64,000 bases of DNA from Cyanobacteria bacterium auto_48_18. GTDB lineage: Bacteria; Cyanobacteriota; Vampirovibrionia; Obscuribacterales; Obscuribacteraceae. Numbering within the stretch: position 1 is the stretch's first letter; every line of letters starts with the position of its first letter. Position numbers and translations under genes: made by a program. The stretch spans positions 32,001 through 96,000 of the forward strand of contig JAVHQC010000034.1 in NCBI GenBank assembly GCA_036170915.1, given 5' to 3'. Under the pieces are notes generated by a model. That model was not told where the DNA came from, did no database searches, and saw only the letters and a program-made list of their open reading frames with translations. This document shows positions 40,801-48,443 of this stretch, in pieces.

Positions 40801-41038
40801 GGATGCCGTACATTTCCTTTTCAAGCGGAATTGTCACCAGGCGCTCCACTTCTTCTGAGCCTTTGCCCGGAACAAGAGAAATTACCCGCACTTGAGGGTT
40901 GGAGAGTTCTGGATAAGCTTCAATGGGCAAGGCCTTCCAGGCAAAAATGCCACCTAAAATCAATATTAGGGCGCCAATCAACGTGAAATAGCGTCCTTTC
41001 AGGGCCGCTGTGATAAATGTGTCGATAGGTGACTGCAA
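37838..41038 (-). CDS. czcA: CzcA/CusA-family heavy-metal efflux RND permease (second paralog)
   Basis: EAYPELSNPQV, AIDFGILVDSAVVMTEN, GVEGKLFRPLA, RMRPVLMTA; TTG start; ATAG/ATGA-type 4-nt overlap with the adaptor gene. Confidence 0.92.
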   Translation of the reverse strand: MQSPIDTFITAALKGRYFTLIGALILILGGIFAWKALPIEAYPELSNPQVRVISLVPGKGSEEVERLVTIPLEKEMYGIPGQTALRSLSLYGLSVIISTYTDGTTTAFARQQVLERIQQANIPPDVEPTLEPDVGSLREIFRYSLSSPYVSPMGLRAIQQWDLEKLFRQIPGVIGIVSEGGPTKTYQVNVDPLKLRARGITLKQVFDTVEHCNATTGGGFIEHNGSALIVRQIGLIKDEEDLRNVTIESTAGGIPIKLRDVADVEIGPMVRRGQAGHGTEDDCVEGIVLLRRGENPTRVLQAIKERLPDIRATLPPGVKLTTLYDREWLINQTLTTVGTNVTIGITLVVVLLAIFLVDLRSAIITACVIPLSMLAAFIALCLLGVPANLLSLGAIDFGILVDSAVVMTENIIRRLSEEGQDKTPAQRLLILTDSAREVAGPIVFGIVVIVATFLPIFTFSGVEGKLFRPLAATMVSALIGAGLLALALVPVLASFSLIKKPLIERQSPIVTGAKALYKPTLTWCLKHPLPVILSSLVAVGIAANMFLHTGSEFLPHLEEGNIWLRATIKPGSVTLDQSVKNAAEIRETLLRYPEVKQVLSQVGGPDDGTDPARFADQEYYVDLKAAKEWRPIFKENKELLIAAMRKDLEQIPGVGYYFTQYIQTTLDEALSGVQGSLVAKVTGPNLAELEKLAQHTGTIMSETPGIVDVIVDPLLGQPQFVIEIDRAEAARFGLNEADLKSLTEIAIGGSPATSVIEGEKRFEVIVRLAPKYRNTEDALHNVLVDTPSGATVSLAQLATLTEVNGASQIWRDAGSRMGTIRANVRGRDLATAVEEAQKRVEKEVKLPHGYHVQWTGEFQRQREAAHQLTMVLPITLAIIITILYIACGTLGGAVIMFSVVPLAAIGAVFALNLTGTYFSISAGVGLIALFGLAVKNGILLVSFVNELRHQGMSIKDAVYHGSITRMRPVLMTATIAAVGLLPAALSNEIGSQTQKPFAIVIIGGLMSCTLLTLYVLPALYLKFRPSPGRPQKVREFLEHQEQEQAAKEIKAVEELVVVEQEESKKL

Positions 41039-41229
41039 AGAAAGTTACTCAGTTCGAGCAGTTAACTCGGTAGTAGAACATAGAAAATTGTACAGCTGAA
41101 GTCGCCGAACCTTTCGCCAAACTTTCGAAATGTAAGGTCTGATGGTTTCAAAGTGCGCTGTACACTCCTGCTTACCCCACCTGGCGCTATAATGTAGGCG
41201 TCTTCAGCTCTGAAGCGCCGGGCCTATAA

Positions 41230-43824
41230 ATGTCAGACCTCGATTTAACTAAATATGCCAATTCGGTGGGCCTGGTCTATGACTTGAGTCTGCCGGTGCG
41301 TTATCCGCTGGCCGCCGTCTGGCAGGTAGACGCCGAAACCGTGGTCACTTGCGCCCACTCGGTGATTCTCTACTCTAATATTCTTAAAGCCCTGCGGGTG
41401 CGCTTTCCTACCAGCGGCCGTGAATATTCGGTCAAATCGGTGGTTTACCACGCCAAAGTAGACAAAGCCATTCTCAAAACCATGGCCAAGCAAGGTCTCA
41501 CCGACCCGGTGAATGGTTTGCCTCTGCAAAAGCATAATGTCGCTTTGCTTAAACTGTCGCCCAATGTTGAAGAGCTCAGGCCTGAAGAAGTCGAAGAAAT
41601 AAATGATTCGTTTGAGCGCTTTTTGCCTGAGCACGAACCAGGTCTTGGTGGCAGTCTGGCCGAAATAGAATTGCCTCTTGTCGTGCAGACAATTACCAAC
41701 GCGCGCAAAACAGGCACCGTCTCAATTTTAGACGAGCGCAATCGAGTGGTGGGCAAGCTTTTCTGCCGCAACGGCCGCGCTACTCACGCCTACTATTTCA
41801 ACCTGATTAACGAAAATGCCATCTATCAAATAATCATGCATCGCCTCACCGGCAGCTTCTATTTCACATCAGAAGAGGCTCCCGATTGGACTACCGTTGC
41901 TGAGATTTCCCGCCCCATAGATATGCTCTTAATTGAGTCGCTGCGCCGCTCTGACGAACTAGAAAAAATGTCGTCCATTGTGGGCGGCCCTTCGAGTTTG
42001 TTTGTCAGAGTCACTCCGCAACCAAACTATGACATTTTGCCACCTGACGCTCGCGAAGCCACCAAATTGCTGTGGCCACTTTTAGATGGTGGCACTCCCC
42101 TTGGTTTGATGTGGCAAATTGCTGGTGTTGATGATTATGCAATTTATTCTGCCATGCAGGAGTTGGTGAAGACCCGCCAGGTAAGCTACTTTGAAGCACC
42201 CTTTGTTAAGGGTGGTGGCGAGATGGTGCCTCTCATGCTCGGGGTGCAAACACCGCTTTCGCCAAACGATCTGGTCACTGCTTTATGGGTAGAAGATTCT
42301 TCTTTGGCACCACTAATTCGCCCCGGCACTTTGCTCGGCAGTGTTAAAGATTTAGACCCGTCACATGTATTGCACAATATCGGTTTGCCCTTTGAAGCGG
42401 CCGGCTGTCCTATTTTCAAAGATGGTGGCGTGATCGGCATTCATTGCGGCACCGTTCCTCCTGACCCTGCTGTTGTCACTCCTGATGGTGGCTTCCATCA
42501 GATGATCTGGGTGGAGCAAGTAGTGGAATGTCTGAGAGATGCAGGCAATGGCGAACTGGTAAAGAAACTTACGCTGAGCGGCGAAGATACACCAGAAGCC
42601 GCAGCCAAGGCAGGTTGCCGTCAGGTTGCCCGCATTCAGTGTCCTAAATGCGGACGCTCGTCTATGGACGAACCTAATTTTTGCAAGGGCTGTGGGCAGC
42701 GGTTGATTCAAGATTCTGACTATAAAGGGCCGATTGGAAAACGATTGACCAGTCTGACAAAAGCTAAAACCAAGATGATTGGTAAAACGAAAGTGAACGC
42801 TGGTCCGCGTATCATCAAAACCGAAGCCAGCGGCCAGCGGGTCAACCCTGTGCTCCTGGCGATTGTGCTCACACTGATTTTTGTTGGTGGTGGGGCGGCT
42901 TGTATGGCCATGATTCCACGCCCCAATTTTATTAGCGCCACCCCGGTGAAGTGCGCTGACGCGGGTAAAGCCTGGCTGGCCACGGCTTTGATTGAGTTTC
43001 AGGGGCCTAAAGACTTCAGACGCGACGACAATTATGTGCTCAATGGGCCGGCCCAGTTCAGTATCGGCATTCTGCCCAAGCGCCCCTGCTACCTTTATGC
43101 CTTTACTTTGCAAAATTCAGGTCGGGTAAATCTGCATAGCCCCACTACTGCGGCTCAAGACGTTATTCTTGATCAGGGTGTGACTTACCTGCTTAAAAGC
43201 GATGGCCTGGAGCGCACGCCCCTTTCGCAGCAGCACATTACTTTCTTCGGCTGTGAAAATACTGACGGCGTAGAAAAGTTTGTTCTTGTGGCTAGCGGCA
43301 TGAAGAGTGCCATTCTGGGCATGAAAGACCCTGCCGCCCAAGAAAAAGCAATCAAGCAATTTGTCACTCAGGCCGACCAGTTGGCCAGCTGCAACGAGCA
43401 TGAAGGCGGCGTTATTGTGCACGCCAGAGGCCTGGGCGAGCAGTTCTTCGAACAAGCGCCCGCCGGGTCGCACCTTGGTGTTAACGGTCTGATGGGCAAA
43501 GATGTTTACATATGTGTGGTGGAGGTAAGGCATAAAAAGGATGCCAGTCTCGACAATCAAGAACCCAGCGAACAGGCTTCTAAGCAAACCTTGCCAAAGC
43601 CTGAGACACTGAAGCCAGCGGCTAGTGTCGAGGCACCAACACCTGTGGCTCAACCGCCTGGACAACCCCAAGCACAAACTCAAGGACAACCGCAAGCCAA
43701 GCCTGAGACACCCAAAACCGATGGTACGGCGCCGGTTCAGGCTCCTTCGAGCTCACCGGAAACTCCTCCTAATAAGGAGCCGACTATAGATAGTACGAAA
43801 GCTGGGCCAACAGCAGAGACCTAA
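41230..43824 (+). CDS. Multidomain membrane protein: degenerate trypsin-like halves flanking DUF4388, double-CxxC zinc ribbon, TM, DUF4384-like domain, Pro/Gln tail
   Basis: VVTCAHSV; GSLAEIELPLVVQTITNARKTGTV; AAGCPIF.DGGVIGIH; CPKCG..FCKGCG; TM; PCYLYAF...G.EKFVLVAS. Confidence 0.7.
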   Translation: MSDLDLTKYANSVGLVYDLSLPVRYPLAAVWQVDAETVVTCAHSVILYSNILKALRVRFPTSGREYSVKSVVYHAKVDKAILKTMAKQGLTDPVNGLPLQKHNVALLKLSPNVEELRPEEVEEINDSFERFLPEHEPGLGGSLAEIELPLVVQTITNARKTGTVSILDERNRVVGKLFCRNGRATHAYYFNLINENAIYQIIMHRLTGSFYFTSEEAPDWTTVAEISRPIDMLLIESLRRSDELEKMSSIVGGPSSLFVRVTPQPNYDILPPDAREATKLLWPLLDGGTPLGLMWQIAGVDDYAIYSAMQELVKTRQVSYFEAPFVKGGGEMVPLMLGVQTPLSPNDLVTALWVEDSSLAPLIRPGTLLGSVKDLDPSHVLHNIGLPFEAAGCPIFKDGGVIGIHCGTVPPDPAVVTPDGGFHQMIWVEQVVECLRDAGNGELVKKLTLSGEDTPEAAAKAGCRQVARIQCPKCGRSSMDEPNFCKGCGQRLIQDSDYKGPIGKRLTSLTKAKTKMIGKTKVNAGPRIIKTEASGQRVNPVLLAIVLTLIFVGGGAACMAMIPRPNFISATPVKCADAGKAWLATALIEFQGPKDFRRDDNYVLNGPAQFSIGILPKRPCYLYAFTLQNSGRVNLHSPTTAAQDVILDQGVTYLLKSDGLERTPLSQQHITFFGCENTDGVEKFVLVASGMKSAILGMKDPAAQEKAIKQFVTQADQLASCNEHEGGVIVHARGLGEQFFEQAPAGSHLGVNGLMGKDVYICVVEVRHKKDASLDNQEPSEQASKQTLPKPETLKPAASVEAPTPVAQPPGQPQAQTQGQPQAKPETPKTDGTAPVQAPSSSPETPPNKEPTIDSTKAGPTAET

Positions 43825-43898
43825 AATCACTAAACCACCCTAATTTCTTTTTGGCCAGGGTAGGGCAAGAGTAATCGGTAAGGACGAAGGAGAAGAAA

Positions 43899-44810
43899 AT
43901 GAACGCGCTTGAACTAATCAGAAAATCTTGCGCACTTTCGCTGGCTGCGGCACTTGGTTTGGCAATAACCTCTGGTGCTTTTGCTGAGGAAGTGGGCGGA
44001 GCGAAGGGTCTATTCTTCGAACAACTGGAAAAACCGACCCAGTCTCTTAACACCGGTATCAGTTACTCAATTGAACTCAAGCGCGACGGACATCTGTCTA
44101 AAGTCAGCAACAAGCAGCAATTTAGAAAAGGCGATAGCATTCGCTTTCATGTGCGCTCGAACATTGATGGCTATTCATATATTTTGCTTTCCAGCGGAAG
44201 CCGCGGTGAATCATCGGTGCTTTTCCCCAACGAAAGTAGTCGCGAAGACAATCACGTAGAACGGGGTAGAACCTACGTTTTACCTACAGACGGCTACCTT
44301 ACTTTTGACGAAAATCCAGGCTTAGAGAAGCTGACATTGTTGCTTTCTCGCACTACCATGGACGCCCAGGCCTATCTTGCTAAGCCACAAAAAGAAGTAA
44401 CGATGATTGCCTCCGCTCAGACAGGCAGCAAAGATCTGGTGCCAGCGAGAATCTATGTTTCTTACAATGCACCGAAAGTAGAAGCGCCAGTATTTTTGCC
44501 GGCAACAACTAGCACGACTACAAATAATCCGGCGAAGAAAACTGTAGTTAGAGAAACCACTAAAAAGATTGAGCGTGTAGAAAAAGTTGAGAAGATTGCC
44601 GTACGCAACAACAACAACAACGATGACGACGACAAACCAAAAGCTGTGAAAAAGCCTGTTGTTAAAAAGCACGTGACAACAGCTTCTTCCAGTACATCGA
44701 GTTCGAGTCGTCACTCTGCTCCTGCTTCAGATGACGAAGGAACAGTAACAGTGGTGTCACAACAATCAAGTGGTGTGCTTCACGTAGATGTAGCTCTGCA
44801 GCACATTTAG
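43899..44810 (+). CDS. Exported DUF4384-domain protein
   Basis: AGGAG RBS, signal peptide, FRKGDSIRF.VRSNIDGYSYI...G..SVLFP...GLEKLTLLLS. Confidence 0.75.
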   Translation: MNALELIRKSCALSLAAALGLAITSGAFAEEVGGAKGLFFEQLEKPTQSLNTGISYSIELKRDGHLSKVSNKQQFRKGDSIRFHVRSNIDGYSYILLSSGSRGESSVLFPNESSREDNHVERGRTYVLPTDGYLTFDENPGLEKLTLLLSRTTMDAQAYLAKPQKEVTMIASAQTGSKDLVPARIYVSYNAPKVEAPVFLPATTSTTTNNPAKKTVVRETTKKIERVEKVEKIAVRNNNNNDDDDKPKAVKKPVVKKHVTTASSSTSSSSRHSAPASDDEGTVTVVSQQSSGVLHVDVALQHI

Positions 44811-44876
44811 CGAGCTGAACGATGGCCTTTTGATTAAAGGCTCTTAAGGGCGACGGGAAAATCTCATATAAACTCT

Positions 44877-44908
44877 GCGGAAAGGGGCTATTACAAGCTC
44901 CTTTCCGT
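44877..44908 (+). terminator. Probable intrinsic terminator
   Basis: GCGGAAAGGGGCT-ATTACA-AGCTCCTTTCCGT followed by T-rich TGTATTATTTGTTT. Confidence 0.6.
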
Positions 44909-45041
44909 TGTATTATTTGTTTCCAACCTGCCGCTTGGTGAAGAGCTGCTTAACCTGGCCTTAAACCAAAGTGCGACATGATCATCCTGCAAATCTACTT
45001 TTCGTCTTCCCCAAACCCCCGCCCCCCAATGGTTTAGTCCA

Positions 45042-45179
45042 ATGCCAATGATCTTTATATTATCGATTGGTTTGACACTGTTTCTTTTAATTGGTGTGTT
45101 TTTGGTTTTGAATCCTGACTTGATCTCGCCCAGCCTGGCGAGACGGTGGAGTCGAAATCATAAATATGGACGCCACTAG
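45042..45179 (+). CDS. Putative 45-aa single-TM small protein
   Basis: Below the track cutoff; MPMIFILSIGLTLFLLIGVFLVLNPDLISPSLARRWSRNHKYGRH; no clear RBS. Confidence 0.4.
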   Translation: MPMIFILSIGLTLFLLIGVFLVLNPDLISPSLARRWSRNHKYGRH

Positions 45180-45268
45180 TATTAGCTAGATCTAAATAGA
45201 ACTACTGTAATGTATGCCCTTTGCCGCCGCTGTTCTCATATAATATGTTGACAACGGGAGGTTCGCAG

Positions 45269-45433
45269 ATGCAAGTTACGGCCGGTCTATTTCTAATCGA
45301 TTTTCTCGTGCGACCTTTCGCCAAGATCTATCAAAAAATGCCTTTCATGGTTTTTATAATCATGCTTGTGCTTTACGGCATAGTCGCCTATATCGTCTGG
45401 AAATCAGCATTCAAGCCAGAAGAGCAGTACTAG
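45269..45433 (+). CDS. 54-aa small membrane protein
   Basis: GGGAGG RBS before ATG 45269; TM FMVFIIMLVLYGIVAYIVW. Confidence 0.6.
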   Translation: MQVTAGLFLIDFLVRPFAKIYQKMPFMVFIIMLVLYGIVAYIVWKSAFKPEEQY

Positions 45434-45455
45434 AAATTTTTTCTTAGTGATGATC

Positions 45456-45929
45456 TCAGTGATGATCGCTGGGGTGCACAGTAGACAGGTGCACTGATAT
45501 CTTGTCGCTTTCCACGCCGACGATACCAACATATTGTTCAATAAAGTTTTTCACCTGGCCAGGCCCAACCTCTCCATCGAGAGTGTAGGTGCCGTGATCG
45601 AGCGGCTTGCTGTCAAAATCATAAGTGTCATAGGTAACAGTAACGTCTTTAATCGGCACATTGTTGTAGTTGGCTACGCGTATCCAACAGACCGGGCAAT
45701 TGATTACCCAGAGGCCCGAAATGTGCCAATCGACTAGCTCAACGCGAGTGTTGGCCGTGAGCTCACGGTCACCTGGTTCGGGGGTGCAACCAGTGACGGT
45801 GACTGATAGAGTGAGCAGAAAAGTAATGAGAAGTAGAGCGGCACAAAACATCGAACAGTTGAAAACAGCTCTGGCAGTGACTGCGCCTTGGAGCTTAATG
45901 CCAAATGGGGGACGCCTTGCTAGTGACAT
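45456..45929 (-). CDS. FxLYD-like domain lipoprotein/membrane protein
   Basis: Hydrophobic helix then VTGC; IRVANYNNVPIKDVTVTYDTYDFDSKPLDHG...VGPGQVKNF; start uncertain. Confidence 0.55.
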   Translation of the reverse strand: MSLARRPPFGIKLQGAVTARAVFNCSMFCAALLLITFLLTLSVTVTGCTPEPGDRELTANTRVELVDWHISGLWVINCPVCWIRVANYNNVPIKDVTVTYDTYDFDSKPLDHGTYTLDGEVGPGQVKNFIEQYVGIVGVESDKISVHLSTVHPSDHH

Positions 45930-46134
45930 AAGCCGCTCAGCTTTGAACCTCGTCTCAGTTAATAAGACTGGGAAGTAAATCCACGCCGGGCATATTCTGT
46001 GCAATACCCAATAGAATGAGTACAGCAAAGACTAAGAACAGGCCAAAAAATGCTGGTTCGCCTTCGGATAACATTTCGCTGACTCGACAAGGTAATGGGA
46101 TAGTCTGATTATATCAGTTGTAAGTGGGTACGCT

Positions 46135-47316
46135 GTGAAGGAATCGTTAGGAAAATTCAGACCAGCAGTGGGGTTAGCAAATGCTCACCTTATGACATTG
46201 GCACCACTGGCGATTCGGCGCCATTTTCCGCTCACAGACTGCTCTAGCGAGCAGCACATAGTCGAAGTAGATGAACAAAACAAAGTTATTGTTTGTTTGC
46301 ATCTCGCCGAAAGTCTGAGCAAAAAAGTTCCCAATTTTACTGCTGCGCTTCCCAATCTTGACCTGTCGAAAGTGTTGGTGCTGCTGGTTCATGGGCTCGA
46401 GGGTTCTGCTGAGTCGACCTATGTTAAAGGTGTTTGTGAGAAGTCGCTCAGCCTCGGCATGAGTGTTTGCCGGCTCAATTTGCGCAACTGTGGTGACAGC
46501 TTGCATCTGGCTCAGGGCCTTTATAACGCTGGCATGAGTGCTGATGCCATTGCTGTAGCAAAACATTTAAAAGCACAATTTGGCTTTTCACAAATTTTTC
46601 TTTGTGGCTTTTCACTAGGCGGAAATATCGTTCTCAAAGCGGCTGGTGAGCTCGGTCGAGAACTCGGCAGGGCCTTGGGTAAAGACGAGGTTAAGAACGA
46701 GAGCAAGAACGAGAGCAAAGAGTTGAGTTCAGAGACAATGGCAAAAGTGATTGATGGAGTTTGCGCAGTTTGTCCTCCGATAGATTTGCACCAGTGCGTA
46801 GGCGCCATTGAGCGGCGAGGCAATCGCCTTTACGAACATGGTTTTCTTGGGAGTCTAAAAGAAAAAATTCGCGCTAAAAATCGATTGTTTCCCGGGCGGT
46901 TTGATGTAGACCGGCTGGCGGCCATATCTTCACTGCGTGCATTTGATAATACTTACACCGCTTTCGACGCCGGTTATGAGAGTGCTGATGCTTATTATCA
47001 CGGTGCCAGCGCACTGCGGGTGATGCCCTATATCAATGTTCCAACGCTGGTGGTTGCTGCAGCGGATGATCCACTTGTACCAATAGAGAGTTTTCGCTGT
47101 GATGAACTGGCAGGTAACGTCAATGTCAAACTGGTCACGCCTGAGAAGGGTGGGCATGTGGCTTTTATCAGTGATAAGAATATTGCCCTTCAAGATCTTG
47201 TGCATGAATGGGATAGAGAGCACGAGCCTGGTCCTAACCAACAGCTAAAAGATCGTTTCTGGGGCGAATGGCAGGTAGTGCAATTTATACTGGCCGTGGC
47301 CACCGGTCGCCACTAG
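46135..47316 (+). CDS. YheT/UPF0017-like alpha/beta hydrolase
   Basis: NAHLMTL, HGLEGS, GFSLGG nucleophile elbow, DDP, GGHVAF. Confidence 0.88.
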   Translation: MKESLGKFRPAVGLANAHLMTLAPLAIRRHFPLTDCSSEQHIVEVDEQNKVIVCLHLAESLSKKVPNFTAALPNLDLSKVLVLLVHGLEGSAESTYVKGVCEKSLSLGMSVCRLNLRNCGDSLHLAQGLYNAGMSADAIAVAKHLKAQFGFSQIFLCGFSLGGNIVLKAAGELGRELGRALGKDEVKNESKNESKELSSETMAKVIDGVCAVCPPIDLHQCVGAIERRGNRLYEHGFLGSLKEKIRAKNRLFPGRFDVDRLAAISSLRAFDNTYTAFDAGYESADAYYHGASALRVMPYINVPTLVVAAADDPLVPIESFRCDELAGNVNVKLVTPEKGGHVAFISDKNIALQDLVHEWDREHEPGPNQQLKDRFWGEWQVVQFILAVATGRH

Positions 47317-47698
47317 TAGCCTGGCAATTTCTGGCAACAGTTATGAAACTGTGTGCTCAGCAAAAAACTGCCATATCTCTGTGCCAAGATCAGGTTATGG
47401 ATTTACAGACTGATCATAAAGGTAAATGCTAAGAGCAAAAACTAGTTGGGATTTTTAGCAGGCATCAAATATGGTGGCAAGACAAAGGCCTGACCCATGG
47501 TCGAATTATCATCATGTTTGCTCAGTGTTGGAAACTGATTAGAGTTGTTCACGTTACTGTTGAGTTTTGCATGTCAACATGAAAGAATTATCTTTGCATG
47601 TGTGGTCTTGGCGACCTTTTTTGACCAAAATTTTTAGTCGATGCATATCAGTCGTCAAGTGTATGGGTTTTACTATTTGGGTTTCAAGGAGGTTCGTT

Positions 47699-48097
47699 GT
47701 GAGAAAAGTTATGAGTCTGGCACTGGCTGCCCTGGCTGTGGTAGCAGTTGCTGCACCAGTTTTTGCTGCTGATGATGCTATGGACAAAGTTGTTGAAGGC
47801 GCTATGGTGCCTACCAGATTAGGTGGAGTAGCTGCTGGTGTGGTTGTCGGAACACCGATCGCCATCGTTCGTGAATCAGTTAAGTCTTACAAAGACATGA
47901 CCGAAAAATGTGCAGACAAAGTCGGTGGACATGACTTCGGACCATCATGCTTGTTGGTTTCATTCGCTACATTGCCAGCCGGCCTGGTTGTAGGCGGCGT
48001 TAAAGGCACCTACTACGGTGTGAAAAATGGCGTTGTTGATGGTTTCCAAACACCATTCGCTTCTGATTCTTTCAGCCTGGGTAAAATGGACGAATAA
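47699..48097 (+). CDS. Exported hypothetical protein
   Basis: AAGGAGG RBS before GTG 47699; signal peptide ending VFA; terminator downstream. Confidence 0.75.
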   Translation: MRKVMSLALAALAVVAVAAPVFAADDAMDKVVEGAMVPTRLGGVAAGVVVGTPIAIVRESVKSYKDMTEKCADKVGGHDFGPSCLLVSFATLPAGLVVGGVKGTYYGVKNGVVDGFQTPFASDSFSLGKMDE

Positions 48098-48143
48098 ATT
48101 CGCCCTGAGCAATCTAGTATTGCCTCAGCAGAATTGATAAATT

Positions 48144-48182
48144 GAACTCGCGGCTGCAACTTGCTCCGCGAGTTCTTTTTTT
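48144..48182 (+). terminator. Intrinsic terminator
   Basis: GAACTCGCGG-N12-CCGCGAGTTC followed by T7. Confidence 0.8.
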
Positions 48183-48191
48183 AAGGAAGTC

Positions 48192-48407
48192 ATGGCCGAA
48201 CAAGACATTACACCGTGGCTGGCAAAAATTGCCGCAGCTAAAACCCGCAAAGAAATTCTTGTGATTATGGAAGAATTTAGAGTTTTGTCGTGGAGCGATG
48301 AGCAGTGCTCAACCGTAGCAAAATTGTATATGCGCTTATTGCTGGCACTGCCAGATGACGGTTCTGGCGCGGTTATTCCTGCGTCTACTGGAAGTACTAA
48401 AAGCTGA
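48192..48407 (+). CDS. Small hypothetical protein
   Basis: 71 aa with AAGGA RBS. Confidence 0.55.
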   Translation: MAEQDITPWLAKIAAAKTRKEILVIMEEFRVLSWSDEQCSTVAKLYMRLLLALPDDGSGAVIPASTGSTKS

Positions 48408-48443
48408 AAGTGCTTTAGTCTGAAAGCGCCTAAAGCTAGCCGC

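Noticed and set aside
42361..43695. Long antisense ORFs (250 aa and 192 aa) and the many other shadow ORFs in the track
   Set aside because: They lie wholly opposite well-supported genes and have no recognisable motifs
46693..46716. 12-bp tandem duplication (KNES x2) in the YheT-like hydrolase
   Set aside because: In-frame slippage in a probable loop; only two copies; no sign of phase variation
47317..47698. ~380-bp intergenic region as possible ncRNA or riboswitch
   Set aside because: No convincing long stems or recognisable family motif found by eye; the ORF-track extension to 47567 is also unsupported given the RBS at GTG 47699
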